From assembly GCA_037379345.1 (NCBI GenBank), contig CM074521.1, positions 496,001 through 560,000 on the forward strand: a stretch of 64,000 nt of DNA. Direction: 5' to 3'. The notes below the pieces were generated by a model. The model did not search any database. It was given only the letters and a program-made list of their open reading frames with translations, and was not told the DNA's origin. Source of the stretch: Perna viridis (lineage: Eukaryota). Shown in pieces: positions 37,100 to 51,390 of the stretch (its first letter is position 1; each line of letters opens with the position of its first letter). Both the position numbers and the translations under genes were made by a program.

Positions 37100-37801
37100 A
37101 CTGAAACTATGGATTTCTCTGCACTTTTTGGGTTTTTTGACTCGAAAGGCTCGAAATAAAAAATGACCATTTTTCGCCGCGGTTGGGAACAAGTAGAAAT
37201 TTTGCAAGGGGGGTCCAGAGGGGAAGCGCCCTTCTGTTTGGGGGTTCAAAGGGGGCGTAAGCCCCCTCGCTGACAGAAAGACTGGAGGCCTTTCAGGTTT
37301 GCCAAATAGCTAATAAAATTCGTTCAATAACTATGTTTATGGATTTAGAAGGTTTCTGATCCTACCATTTGATAATGATTTAAAAACAAAATTAAGGCAA
37401 ATTTTCAGTGAACAAAATGCAAATAATGCATTTTTACCCCTTTGAGGCTCCTTGCTGTCTCCATGGTAACTATGAACCAGTCTCTGCAACCTGTGTTCTG
37501 AAGACACTTTGCAAGTTTAAAAAATACTTCCACCAAGTTTGACCTTTTTGGGGACTAATTTGAAAAATCTAGAAGTTTGAATTTTTGGCTGGAATCACAA
37601 AAAAATAACACATCAGCCAAATCCCATGACAGAAAGGGTTGAATTGTATTGTTTAACTAGTCAGTATTCACTAATCTAAATAATTTTGTATTATGGTTTT
37701 GTTTTGAAGAAAACTAAAAGATAACGAGAACCATTACTAAACATTCGCTCATACCCCATGACAATTCATAACCATGTCAAGAAAACTTAATAATTCTTTT
37801 A

Positions 37802-38270
37802 AGAGTAATCAAGGGAACCAAAAAATCTATCGGAAATCAAAGAGTAATTAAGGGAACCAAGGTTATAGCGGTAATCAAAAGAATGCAATCCAGGGACAAA
37901 GACCAGACATGGAAAACAGGCATACACAACAAAGAACACAAAATAACTAAAATCATACACACAAAGCAACAAAAGCAAATGAGCAACTCGGGCTCCACTA
38001 AAAACTGGAGGCATGGACCAGGTGCACCGGTAGGGTAAGCGTCTTCTGCTTTTCTCGAAAAACCGCCGAGTTGCTCATAAAAAGTCAAGTCCGGGGTAGA
38101 CGAAAGAGGAAAGGGAAACTATGACACGTTGAACAAATCAGTTTTCATGGCGTAGATGGATACATCGTAACGATCCACGAATTCATGATGACGACCATAA
38201 AACTTTAGTAGCGATGACTTCAACAAAACCCTGCTCCAGAAGCCTATTTGTAAAAGTCTGCGTAGTTTCG
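37802..38270 (-). mobile_element. Penelope-like family 3' fragment with a tandemly duplicated 3' terminus
   Basis: Reverse complement of about 17120-17565; terminal agagtaat(c/t)aagggaaccaa present twice (37802 and 37841). Confidence 0.85.
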
Positions 38271-41200
38271 GCTTGTAAAGAATTTAATCCAAGACCAGAC
38301 ATGGAAAATAGATGAACACAACAAAGATTAACTGCCACCGTCATATCAATATTTCAGCAGCACTGTCAAGTTGCATGCTGTACCAATCCAGTTTTACATA
38401 TGCTATATTACATCTATAAACAGTCAAAAAAAAACTAAAAAAGTAACTTCCTTCAATAAAGTACAAATGCCATCGTATAAGAACATTAAACCAAAAACAG
38501 AAGAAAAATAAAAAAAAAACAAACAAAAAACCACAATGTCATGGTAAACTTTATTAAATTATCTAAGGGTTAACAAAATTGCATAGATTAAAAAAGCAAA
38601 GTACCTAAAGTCAGATGAAAATTCTACAATATGGCACAAATAAGTTTTATATTTTTTGTTAAAGAACTAGGCTATAGACAAAAACGTTTATAGAATGTTC
38701 TGAACAATTTAAAAGTAGCATTTAGGTTTATTGTAACATTAAATTAATTCGAGCAATTGTACAATACTACACAACATTAGACTAACAGTGAATGGGACGG
38801 GCACTTAAGGCCAATGGCTACAGGCCAAATGAAGCTGAAAATTGTCCATTTGAGTAACTGAATTTTACTTAGAATGTTAAACAATAGTCCATTAAATTCT
38901 TTAATATTTGTAAAAAAAAAGTAAAAAAAGAAAATGATTCCTCAGAAAAAAATCTTTCCTGACCACTGGTGTAGAATCATGGAAGTTTTCTCATTTCCTA
39001 GTAATTCTTGTGATAGTTAATTGGGTATTTTTATTATAAATCTAGCATTTTTCGTAATATTGAAGTAATCCTGTCGTAAACTTATCACACGGGGTCCAGT
39101 TACAGTAACTATAGAGGTAGTCGTAATTCAAGAAAAAAAATGAATTGCCATAAACAAGCCAAATATTACTGCAAATCAATAACAATAACACGGTCATGAA
39201 ATCCCGCCCTATACGTCCGTTTGGATATTTACGAAAAGAGCTAGGCAGTGAATGTAACATGACAAGAAATAAATAAAGGCCCATTCTATTTCATAACTAT
39301 CAGAAGAAAGAAACGAACACTAGATTTGTCATAACTTCTTGTGTGATGATTTCATTCAAATCGTTATTTTACAGTAACAGGAGAGGAATATTATTCTTAA
39401 AAAACACTAATGAAAAATACTCCAATTTGTAAAGGTGCAGATGTCAAAGTGCGGTCTCTTGTGGTATTATGGACCATTCATTCTTATTATAAATTTACAG
39501 TCAGTTTAACAGGTTTAGTCATTTATGTTTCAGATTTCAAAAAATGTGCCTGAATCTCATAAAGACTTGTACTTAAAGCTGATAACATAATATTCACATA
39601 GAAAATAATAAAAATCAAGTATTGCAAAATTAAGTGAGACTTGGCAACATATAACATGAGGCACACAATGTATACACGTCTTTACTTTGTTAGTTTTTAA
39701 AAGTAAAAATATTCATATATAAAAAGTAACAAAATGTGAAATATATATATATATAATATTGATAATTCTCCCCATAACTACAATGTATATGATAAATAAT
39801 AAAAATATGGTGTTTAGCATTTAGTAAACAAACAATTATCACAATAGCTTAATATCATCAAATACAACTTTCAAACTTAACAATAACCTCTAAGGTTTAA
39901 TTTAGTTCAGCAGTAAGACGTGTCTGAATTCTGCATCATTGTTGTAACTTAGCTGATAAACCAAAGTATATGTACAAAACATCTGTCAAAACTTCAGCCT
40001 AGTAGGACCCAGTAGAGGTTAAAAACAATTCAATAATCTCCTCTTGTATTGACCTGACAGCCTTTATTTGTGCCCATTTATAATGATCGATGTTAACCAA
40101 TCCATATCCACTGGAATGATGCTGTGCTTACAAGCCTTTGAGATTTGAAACCCATAAGTTGGATTATCTCCCCTTGAATAAGCTGGTATTTCAAATTGTC
40201 AACGTAATATCAATATTCTTGTTCAAATATTGCTAAAGAATAAGGCTTAAAAACTTGAAACAGACAATACACATTTAAAACTTGATAAATTATTGATAAT
40301 GTAGGTATGCCAATACATCATTTACCAATAAGTGATTATCAGTCATTTTTTAGGTTAATTACACTTCGGTGGACAAACATATGCATTGTGTATGAGGCAA
40401 ACAGTATTTTGTTTATACCCATACAGATAATTATAATACACAATGAAGGTTCCACTAAATACATTTACCATTTGTATGTTTTGGATAACTCGAGGGAAGT
40501 TTAGCAGATGGTATATTTCTCCTCCACTTGTTGTCTTAAATGCAAAAAGAGGCAATAGCAAACTGGATAACTTTCTAAAAACAGTCCAAAATCTTAAATT
40601 TTCAAGGATTTAATAACTAATGAGCAAAATTGAATTAATAACGCAGTATTTGGAAAAATTTCATTAAGCTGTTGACCAGCATTGTGTTGAAGCCTTAATA
40701 GAGTGTTAGACTGACAACCAGACAGATTAACATATAGATCTACAGATAATAAAGTATTCATATATAGCCAGTAAAATAGTTCACTCCCTTGATTGAATGA
40801 CCATTACCTTATGTCATAGATAGTTAAATGTATAATTAGTAATAAACTTTCTATCATTACATAGTTATATTAGTCTAAGTTTGTTGGAAAGTTTAAATCT
40901 ACTTGTAATGTAAATTTAGTTTTTTCCTTCAATCTTAATACCTAATAAACAACTTAAAATTGTGCACTTTCAAAAATAATGGTGAAACATGAAGATTTAA
41001 TTTTATACCATAGTTTGTTCTATAGAAGGTCATAGTTTAACCTTTGGACCATCACAACATGTAAGAGAGAAACCCCCCCACCAACATCTTGTTTTCCTTA
41101 TATGGAAAACTTGCTAATACAAAGTATTAGGCTACTTTATGACAACTTTCACTATTGTTTCCGAGGTAGGCGAGGTAGGCGTTAAGGTGGTTAACATTGT

Positions 41201-41794
41201 TTTCAAACCAACAATAAAATAAAATCATTTCAAATAGCCTGAAGAAATACTTATGTACAGTTGAATTTATCTTCAGCTTGCATCTTCCAGAGAATCCATT
41301 TTTTAGATATAATAATGAATAAGCAGTAGTTTAATTAAATGGCACACCCACAACCAATTTATACTGACATAATGTTTTGTTAAAAACATATATACCACGC
41401 CTTACTTATTAACATATTTGTACAAACTCATCCTGCAGGTTCTTTGTTTAAATATGTTAACTCATAAAAAATACTTGTCAATTGTCCAGACAATTACCTT
41501 AAGAAGTTCATCAGGTGATTGTCATTAAATCAAGGGAAGTCTATTCCATGAAGTTAACCATGTTGTTTGCTGAGATGTGATTGAGAAAACTCCCATTAAG
41601 TGACACATGCCCTTAAAAGTGCAATTAAAAGTACTAACTGTTTTTAAGTGCTGGACTCTGTTAGAATCAGGCAAAATTGAAAAAAAATGAAAATCAGAAA
41701 AAAACCACACCAATTTGACAACATTGACACATAGTACATGTTCTACTGAAGACAAATTGACAGTTGTGTTAGAAGTTGACAGTTGTGTTAGCTA

Positions 41795-41950
41795 AAGAGG
41801 ATGCAGAATGGTGAGTTTTACAGCGTTCCTCTTAGAAGTGTCAAAGGATGCAGAATGGCGAATTTCACAATTCGTTCATCTTAGAAGTGTCAGAGGATGC
41901 AGAATGGCGAGTTTTACAGTACGTTCATCTCAGAAGTGTCAGAGGATGCA
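41795..41950. repeat. Tandem repeat, ~49-bp unit x3
   Basis: agaggatgcagaatggcgagttttacagt.cgttcatct.agaagtgtc repeated. Confidence 0.8.
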
Positions 41951-42597
41951 GGAAAGTAAGATCAAAGTTACAATAGAATCATAATGGAAATATGAGTTAT
42001 CCTCCTTTGGTGATGAAATTGTAACGTATTTCATATTATTAATACCTGCAATTACTGACACTTAAAATAGAAATAAATGCCATTTCTGCAAAATGCATTT
42101 CTGATAACATATTGAATAAGATTTCATGGAAAGACGTGTATTTGTTTTGCACCATGATTCATCCACAGCCCGATTCTTACAGAGAATAGTACCTCAGAGT
42201 ACTGACAGACCTATACAAGTTAACAATAGTCAATAGTAAATTGATATGATTATGTTGGACATAAAACAAGTAATTACCTACAAGGTCCTTTAACTTTAAA
42301 GACCTTATATAAAACTAGTACAAAAAGACAAAAAGTGTACTATTATGTAAATATAAAAATCTGTATAATAATATATTTAACAAATTATTAGGCACCAACC
42401 AATTTATTAACAAAAAGGGATGAGGTGGGAATGAAAAAAAAAAAAACCACTTAATTTGTGTAAAAAGATTATGACCTAAGTAATTGCACACAAAATATGA
42501 GTATACTTGAAACAAAAACTGCATCCAAGTTAATCAAAGTGTTAGTTTAAACTTCAAATATATTTAATGTAAACCAAAAAAAATTATCAAGCATGAA

Positions 42598-42750
42598 ATG
42601 CCAACCCTGTTTTCGGTAATACAATGGTTGTTTCCATGGTACCAACCCTCAGTAATACAATGGTTGTTTCCATGGTGCCAACCCTCGGTAATACAATGGT
42701 TGTTTCCATGGTGCCAACCCTCAGTAATACAATGGTTGTTTCCATGGTTC
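42598..42750. repeat. Tandem repeat, 36-bp unit x4
   Basis: ccaaccctc(a/g)gtaatacaatggttgtttccatggt(a/g). Confidence 0.9.
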
Positions 42751-43441
42751 AACAATTTGATCATTCTCCTTTTTCCCTTGAGTTACACAGGAAAATAACG
42801 TAGCATGAATGTAACTTGGAAATCGTGTGATTTTCACAAGAAATTTGCATAACATGATTTTCAATAAAAATTTCATGTAAAATTCATGTGAAAATCTGTT
42901 TTGCATCAATTACACATGAACTCTAACACAATAGTTATATGAACATTTTATGTGATAAAATACAATAAATTAAGATGCATCTCCATTCAGAATGATATTA
43001 CATTTACTGTAGGCAAATACCATGCTGTTACTATGGCTACCAACAGCCATCTTTTTTATTATGCCATAATGTAAAGTTGTTAATGGAAGTGATTAAACAA
43101 AATTATGGTTAATTTAACCACATTTGATATCTCATAATTCTCCGTTACAAATATGTATGAAGAAACACATCTAAAACATACAACTTGAAGGTACAGATTC
43201 AACAGTTTAGAAAAGAAAACGTAAATAATAATTTGTTTAGAAGGAAAATACACAGTATTTTATACACATTTTTTGTGACTAATCATATTGCGAGGTGCAA
43301 AAAAGGCATTTTTTGTTCATACTGCAGCAGGGAGGATAAAGAAATTCATAAAATGGGGATGTATTTGTTTAAGTATTATACAATAGAAATGAGTTATGAA
43401 GATGAAGACAGCTGGGAAGAAAGAAAATATTAAAGGGGTTT

Positions 43442-46400
43442 TTAAGACACGACGGTTGGTTCCTGGTCATCCACTACTGCTAGGAACCCTTTATCTGGTA
43501 TATACTCTGCCAAGGGGTACCAGAAAAAATTAAATCCAACAGAAACGGCCTCATTAACAGATCTATAGATAATATCCTCATCATCCTCGTTAATCATTGC
43601 CATGACATCTAATTGACGATTTAATGTTTTGATGTTCTTCAGTCTGAGCTGTGGGGATGATGATCCTGCACCGTCAACTAATACACCTGAAACCTCCACA
43701 GAATCATCCACCTGTAATGCTGCCATGGTGTCTTTAAAGCTGTTAGCAGCTGTGATACCTACAGGAACTGTTATGTCTCCAGCTTCCATATCAACTGACA
43801 GAGAGAAAGAATGAGTATCATGTCTGTGGAGATGACATTCATGGCCTAAAGATGTCATAAGAGTGCAGACTTCTTTATCTTTTGTTGATTTCTCATCACT
43901 GGAACAATCACCATATTCCTCACCATAAGAACATCTCAGATAATTAGCAATAAATCCAGGCATTCCCTTTAGTAATGGCTCCACACTGTTCTCAATTTTG
44001 GTGATTTTGGCTTTTTTGAATACACCAGTCCATGTCACACTGGATCCAGACAGAGATACGCAAGCAAGTTGGTTTGGGACAGTATTGGCATCAGATCCAA
44101 CACACAGATTTTGGTATTCATCCCATGTCACTACAGTCTTAGATGGTTTTTTTGTTGATGGAAGCTGGACGAATATCATTGGAAGTAAAGCCAGGACAGC
44201 AAATACTCCCATGACAATCTTCTTTGTTGTGCCAAGCTTTTTGTCAGTTTTCTTGCCAAACAGAGTTTTGGTTTGCGACAGCAGTAAAGCTAGACCACCA
44301 AGCAGTAAGGTTACAATCAGTTTACCAAATATGGCTGTCATCAATAAACGGTAAACAATGTAAACAAATCCTAGCATTATGAAAATAATTGCCAGGGGAA
44401 TCAGCATGGGTAGGAAAAAGTATCCAACAGTAGATCTGATCAGGCCTCTCCATGTTGTGAACGGGAAAACAGATAGCATCAGATGCCACCAGAAATAACA
44501 AACTAGGTGTGGCACTAATACTTGGTATGTTCCCTTCCACGATCCCTTTGCTGCCATGAAGATAAACATTACAGGGACAATGATATAACAAAGAGTTGGT
44601 AATCCTATGTTTATTTGGAATCCAGCTCCAACTTCTATGGAAATACCAGCACCAAGAGCCATCTGGACTGCTGAAGTTACATATGGAATCTTTGGAAAAT
44701 TGTGCAAAAATGTTGGTAATGAAGCAACCAGGTTTAAGATGACAGCAATTATCAGCAACATATCATGTCTATCACTAAGTGCAGTAAAACAAACTCCTGC
44801 CAGGGCCATACACAGTATACAGAACTCAGAACAGGGGATGTACATCTTATTAGCCAGGGAAAAGCTTACCACAGCTAATGGCAGGGCTCCAAAGAAAACA
44901 AGATATGGTGTTAGTGAATTCCAGGAGTACTGTGACCGAGTTTCATTAACATCCACACCGACATCATAGGTTTTTAGTACACTAGCAAGAGCAGCTGCAT
45001 CTCTCATTTTCTTCTTTTTATAGAACATCTGCAATGTGGCGACAATCATCACCATGACACTGATGTAAAACACTAACAAAGGTACAATCAACAGAATCAT
45101 TGGTGTTGTAATGAAGTTATACATGTAGAACAGTACCAGTAAATAAATCTGATTGGTTGGAATAAGAGAGGTAACCCAATCCATACCTTCTTTAGACACA
45201 GTCTCCAGTCCTTGTTCAAACAATGCTTGAAAAGTCTCCTTAGGGTATCTGTATATCTAGAAAATAGTAATGTATAAGTAAAGAAACTCTGTGGAAAAAG
45301 AGAGATATCAAATATTGTAAAAGTTAACATTGTCAGGCAAATCAATTACATTTTAAAATAAAAGACAATGATTTGCATAGAAGCATAGGACCGAACATGC
45401 TTGTTGTATAACAGAAAAGCACAGCACCAAACATGCTTATTGTATAACAGAAAAGCACAGGACCAAACATGCTAATTGTATAACAGAAAAGCACAGGACC
45501 AAATATGCTAATTGTATAACAGAAAAGCATAGGACCAAACATGCTAATTGTATTAGAGAGAAGCATAGGACCAAACCTGCTATATGTATAACAGAAAAGC
45601 ATAGGACCAAACATGCCAATTGTATAACAGAAAAGCAGAAGACCAAACCTCCTAAAATGTTTAACTAAAGGCAGTGTATGAAGTTACATATCTTCACTGG
45701 TAGAAAAAAATTTGGACTGCCTGTCATTACAAAGTTAAAAGTCACTTTTCAACATCCATAAGACAACCTTCACATACTGACTATTCTTTTCTCATTAGTT
45801 TTATTTTCTCCAAGAAATGGCAATTACCTTGGTAACGATGCCAGCACTTTTATACTCCAATGAATGTTCCTCTGTTTCTCCTGATGTTAGAGTTATGTTC
45901 CCTTGAATTTTCTTGGAAAGAACTTTCACAAACTCTGTTTCATTTATAGTGTCACCAATCTTCTTCCCTGAAAAAAAAAACAGCTGGGTGAATGCACAGT
46001 TGAGTACTTAGTGTATTAGAGGTGGCTAAAATGCTTCACAGGGTGTAGTTTGATAAAACAGAAGAGGTCATACCCTGAACAGTTGGGAATCGCGTGTGAG
46101 CATTCAAACTTGATATAGCTCTGTAGTTCTGATTGCAATGTTTGACAAAGATTTGACCAAAGATAGAAAAGTAGTCAAAGAACTGTTGAATTTGCAATAA
46201 GACATAAGAGATAAGTAACTTTTTAATGACCTTCAGACCCCTTCTTGGCACTTTATTCCAAAAAGAAAAATCATGTCCTAACCTTTCATTCCGTCAAAAC
46301 ATTCTGCGGTATAAAACCAATACAATTTTATTGATCCATACACTTAAAAAAATCAATTTAATACTAAGAAATCAGAAATATGTTGATTTTTGGCCTCTTT

Positions 46401-49400
46401 TTACCCACAAGTTCTTCAATGATATGGTAAACACCTCCAAAATCATTCTTAGCCTGAATTTGTTGTTGAGATGAAACTTAGTGATACACTACAGCTGTAT
46501 AGAGATCTATACACACATTCTTTAGTTATATAATTAGGTTTAAAATGCTTGTTTTTTGTTTGTGTTTTATTAGTTCACATTGCAAGTTGGCTTTATAATT
46601 TTCAATTGCATCATTATTCCATAAGAATTTCCCAGGTAAGGGGGTTAGGTTATCTCTATAAATGTAATGAGGGTTATTATGAAAACATGTCAGAAGGCAG
46701 CAATTTAATTAACAATGAACTGACAATTCTGTCAAATCTTCTACTTTAAAGCTGCACATTCTTTGTAATAAGTCCATATTTACGAGCGTGTAGTTGACCC
46801 CATTCCTAAATACATGTGATAATGAAACCTTTTTTGAAATGAAATCCTGTGGTACAATGTACAATACTTCATATCCCAGTGACTTTTATAACTTTTTTTA
46901 AAAGGTGTCTGTGCCTTATAATTTGGGAAAAATATTAAAATATATAAGAAACTGGTAAATTTGTAAGAAAATTATCGTATTATATTCATCATTATTCATC
47001 ATAAAGCTCTACACATGAGCCCCAAAATTGACAATTTGCAAAACAAAATATGAGAAGTGTTGGAAATGGGAATTTAAGAGGTAAAAATAGAAGTCACCTT
47101 ATTTGGCGTGTCCTGACTTGTCAAACTGGTACTGAAAAGATTAAGTAGCATGATTTTTGTAATTTCATGGAAAAATAGGGGAAAGTAATCATGTTTTGGG
47201 GATTTCAGGGAAAAATCGGGTAAAGTAATCATGTTTTATGGATTTTAGGGGAAAATAGGGGAAAGTAATAATGTTTTGGGGATTTCAGGGGAAAATAGGG
47301 GAAAGTAATCATGTTTTTGACAGTAATAGGGAACAGCCTTATCAGGTTCTTGTACAAAAACCATAAAATAAAACTTTTACTGGAAAAACTGTGAACTTAG
47401 CTCACTAATGGATACCCCTAGAACAGCTGTGAACTTAGCTCACTATAAAAGGATACCCCTAGAACAGCTGTGAACTTAGCTCACTAAAGGATACCCAGCT
47501 CCAAACCACAGTAACCATATGATCAAAGTCATCAACAAGGAAGTTGATATTGCTTCAGTCTAAAATTGAATCACATGATATGGCATACCTATATAAAGCT
47601 TCTGTCAAAATATCAAGTGGCTGTGATAGAGTAGTTGCAAAAAAAAGATGAAAAGTTGGGAAGGTTTAACAGACAAACAAATGGATGGACTGTCACAATG
47701 ATTAATATGAACAAAGCAGGAGTAAAAAATGAAGCAAATATGTGCACGTATTGAGACTACTTCATACATATTCACTCAAGTAATACATATAGACAGTCAC
47801 AAACTCAAAATGATCTAACATCTCATTGTTTTCTTTTTCTGTTTTCAGTCTTATTAATTTAGTTACATTTACAGTTCCAAATAAAAACTGCTTTGGTGAG
47901 CTATGGAATGTTAAAAATTTTACCAGCTGCTAGTAGGAGTTTCTGTTCCAGCACATCCCCTCCTGTAACTTTTTTTACTGCAGTGATGTAATCCTCCTTT
48001 GTCAGAACCTCTTTATGAGTATCATTCATCTTTGTGTATAATTTTCGTGCAGCTTGGCGGACCTTTTTCTCCAGATTACTTGTACTGACACACCATTCTA
48101 CATCTTCTTTGTTCTCATCTGTCATCCCTTGAAAACAATTACACTCAATTGTTACACACAAAATGGCAAACTATTGGTCATGAGGTATAAATATTTGATT
48201 TTTGTGGTATAGCATACCATGAACTTTTGTGGTACACATTTATAGCATACCATGTATATTTGAGGTAAAGCATAAAATGGATTTTCATGGTGTAACATAC
48301 CATGAACTTTTGTTGTATACATATATATATATATATTGCATGCTATGGATATTTGAGGTAAATGGATTTTCATGGTATAACATACCATGAACCTTTGTGG
48401 TATAGGATACCATGAGCCTTTGTGGTATAGGACACCATGAACCTTTGTGGTATAAGATACCATGAGCCTTTGTGGTATAGAATACCATGAACCTTTGTGG
48501 TGTAAGATACAATGAGCCTTTGTGGTATAGGATACCATGAACCTTTGTGGTGTAAGATACCATGAACCTTTGTGGTATAGGATACCAGGAATTTTTGCTC
48601 AAAAGCATAGTGTGTGAATTTAAATTTCCTGAGCAAACAATATGAAAAATTTCTGTTGAAAACTAAGACATTGTACTGCAGTTAAAGAATTCAAAACTCC
48701 ATGATCTAATAAGATTTTGAGAATCCATGATACAATGAAAATTGAGTGTTTACTTATGAGTTAAAGTACCTTAAATCACAGTAATAAAACAGACCCAAAT
48801 ACATGTACAATGTACTCAGCTGACATGTTCAACTTTAAGCATTTCTTAATTTCTACACAAATGACAGCTGCCAATAATTTCAAAATAAATATTTGTTTTG
48901 TTGACAAGAATCACTTTAAGTAAATGAGTTTAATATTAAAACACAGTAATTATAGAGTTAGCAAGCTTGTACAATATAAAATCTGCTTGGAATAATACTG
49001 TCCAATTTTTACACTTCAAGCAAGCAAGTGTTACTAACTTAAGTGATATGTGTATGAAGGATAATATTATATCCCAAAATATTAATGCAATAACTACTTT
49101 ATTTTCTAGAGAAGCTTGTTTTAAAGTGCTATTTTATTAACAAGGAAATCATGCATTTTACACAATTTTGCAATGATGCAATATGCAAATTTATTGCAAT
49201 GAGTACTTGTAGTTGTTTTGTAAACATACAATTGTTACACAATTGTACCTGTTTTTGTCTTGATGCATTTTTGTAGTAGTTCTGTTGCCTCATCATTGCC
49301 CTGTTTAGATGCCATGATCAACCATTTTACAGCCTTTTCTCCATTAACCTTTCTCTCCACCTCAGAATCAGCCAATGTGAGGTAATGCTGACCAAGACAT

Positions 49401-51342
49401 ACTTGTGACTCATCATCACCTTCAATTGACTTAGCCTCAAGTTTGGCTATTTCTGGTGGAAAAAAAAATTAGCAAATAATTTTATCACTACCTAGATCAG
49501 TAAATCATTTTAATTTTGGAAATATTTTGGTTTTTTTTGGAAAAACCATGACACACCTGGGCCAAAAGCATACACTTTATTATTTCCTACAATATGTTAC
49601 TGTTTCCTGTTTAGTTAACAGAGCCATGATTTATTTTTTCCCAAATTAGGACTTTCTGGACAACATTTTTTTTCCATCTGATATCACTGTCAAGTCATAC
49701 ATGTACATGTATATGTATAGACAAAACAGAGAAAGGCCTGTTAAACAAAACCTTCATGTACATTTGCGTACATCATATTTAGAACTTATACATGTAATAT
49801 ACATGTACCAGTTTTTTTTTCAATCTGCAGAAAACTGTCTTATTCTGATTGATTGATTTTTGTTTCTTGTATTTCAAGACAAGACTAATTTATGATTCTA
49901 ACTACATAACCAAAAGTGATAATCATTCATAAGAAACTACCTGATAATTAACATATACTGGTAATCCTCATATGGTTATCATAATTCAGTCCTCACAATC
50001 AAAGAAAATAATTTACTGGTCGGAAGTCACAGTTTACAGGTTTAGGCAATTTGTGCCTAATTATGGAATAGAGAAAACACTTTTACATAATTTTAGTGGT
50101 CCAATATTCACTAATCTTAGGCTGGCAGTCTACTCCTTATTTCACAATCTGCATCCATGTAAATTTTGGCCTGCTAACATTTATCATTACCACGTTTGTG
50201 ACAAACATGATTATCAAGAGATACATGTTATAATCCTATATGATAACCATACGTAAACTGAAAATATACATGTATTTATAGCCTAGCTGGCCAAGTGGGC
50301 TAGCGCGCTGGACTTTGTGCAGGCGGTGTTGCAATAGATGTCACAGCTGTACGAGTTTCGAGTCCCACAGAGGGAATGACAAAAAATTTACTTCGCAAAT
50401 TTGACAGTTCTAATATCATTGGAAATTTTTCAGACCCTTATGCCATATTGGCTTACAAAAGCAACTACCCCTTTTGTAGGCAAGGTAAATTTTGGCATAC
50501 ACATTTTAAAAGGCAAGAATTTGTAGGAATTTTCATAATTACAATGGAAAACGATATGTCTGCTTAGTGCTACCATTCAGTTCTAGAAGTAATTGGCTCT
50601 GCACATGCACAATTTCACGTTAACTTATTGAAATACATGTATTAACAGAAAAAGAGATATAATTTAAAATGATTGAATTGAAACTTCAATACACTATTGA
50701 ATTTTATATGATATCAGCAAACAGGGAAAATGAATCCAAAATGAACTAGGCACATGTATATGTACATGTAGGTGTGACAAGCAAGATTTCAACTGGAAAT
50801 CATCTAAGCATTTGAGGTGTCCCACCCCACCTTATTGCGAAGAATTACATTACAACTTTTTTTAGGCACATCATTCAGACCCAATCCCACATCATATATC
50901 CATATAAGGATGAAGTTTGGAGGACCTTGAATACAGAAAAAATTCATATTAGATACACATATCAAAAAGTACATGGGTGCCTATTTCAAGGTAGTGCCTA
51001 GTGGGGCACTGGGATATGTGGACAAAGGAATTGAGGCTAATAGGGTTATACCTTTGTACGACTGTCAATCTTATTCAAACTATCAAGGACATTGGTCTTA
51101 AGATACATATATAATGTGTATCAGGATTTACGTACATGTAATAAGTAATTACGGAGGAGTCGACATTATTTTAAGTTTTGCTGACACGACACTTTTTCAT
51201 CTACATTAAATATATATCTGTACTTCGATATACTAGAAGCGACATTGGCTGCCATTTAATGGACAAACTCAACAAAAGTAAACAAGACGATAAATGCATA
51301 TTTACCTTTCTCACCAAGCACATGTTGCTCTCCGCCTGTCAT
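43442..51342 (-). CDS. WFS1: Wolframin (ER multi-pass membrane protein), 799 aa. Exons in transcript order: 51342-51306, 49452-49249, 48127-47924, 45967-45828, 45256-43442
   Basis: Four GT-AG introns with matching phases; 2400 nt. N-terminal Sel1-like repeat (SQVCLGQHYLTLA...NGEKAVKWLIMASKQGNDEATELLQKC), GMTDENKEDV, large last exon with multiple TM segments (IPTNQI, MMIVATLQMF, YSWNSLTPYLVFF, IPCSEF, GTYQVLVPHLVCYFWW), luminal Cys-rich region (VTWDEYQNLC, VTWTG, NYLRCSYGE) and C-terminal FNFFWYP. The 37-nt first exon is the least certain. Confidence 0.93.
45375..45650. repeat. Intronic minisatellite, 36-bp unit x~7.5
   Basis: aggaccaaacatgctaattgtataacagaaaagca(c/t). Confidence 0.9.
47165..47500. 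repeat. Two adjacent short intronic tandem repeats (~40 bp x4 at 47165-47320; ~40 bp x3 at 47388-47497)
   Basis: ggaaaataggggaaagtaatcatgttttggggatttcagg; ctgtgaacttagctcacta..ggatacccctagaacag. Confidence 0.8.
48200..48590. repeat. Intronic minisatellite, 25-bp unit
   Basis: accatga(a/g)cctttgtggt(a/g)ta(g/a)gat; gives three-frame spurious ORFs at 48152-48636. Confidence 0.9.
50281..50440 (+). mobile_element. tRNA-derived SINE-like copy without leader (WFS1 intron 1)
   Basis: gcctagctggccaagtggg...gtttcgagtcccacagagggaatgacaaaaaattt...ttttcagaccctta, homologous to 31636-31795. Confidence 0.85.
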
Positions 51343-51367
51343 TTTGAACACCTGAAAGATACATGTA

Positions 51368-51390
51368 TCACATGACTTAATCACGTGACA
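51368..51390. promoter_or_regulatory. Paired E-boxes (TCACATGAC and TCACGTGAC) just upstream of the WFS1 start codon
   Basis: tcacatgacttaatcacgtgac lies 26-48 bp upstream of the predicted ATG and matches bHLH-ZIP (MiT/TFE, USF) consensus. Function not shown. Confidence 0.45.

Noticed and set aside
37096-37790. TTAA-type transposon starting at the oxidoreductase stop codon (weak likeness to the 1267 junction)
   Set aside because: Similarity covers only ~17 bp with mismatches, and no matching right end or TSD was found.
43629-44969. Plus-strand ORFs overlapping the WFS1 last exon
   Set aside because: Antisense shadows of a long coding exon with no recognisable motifs.
48152-48636. Repetitive ORFs as real proteins (also 12552, 26495, 27578, 42564, 45342, 55335)
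   Set aside because: They are translations of minisatellites, often open in several frames.
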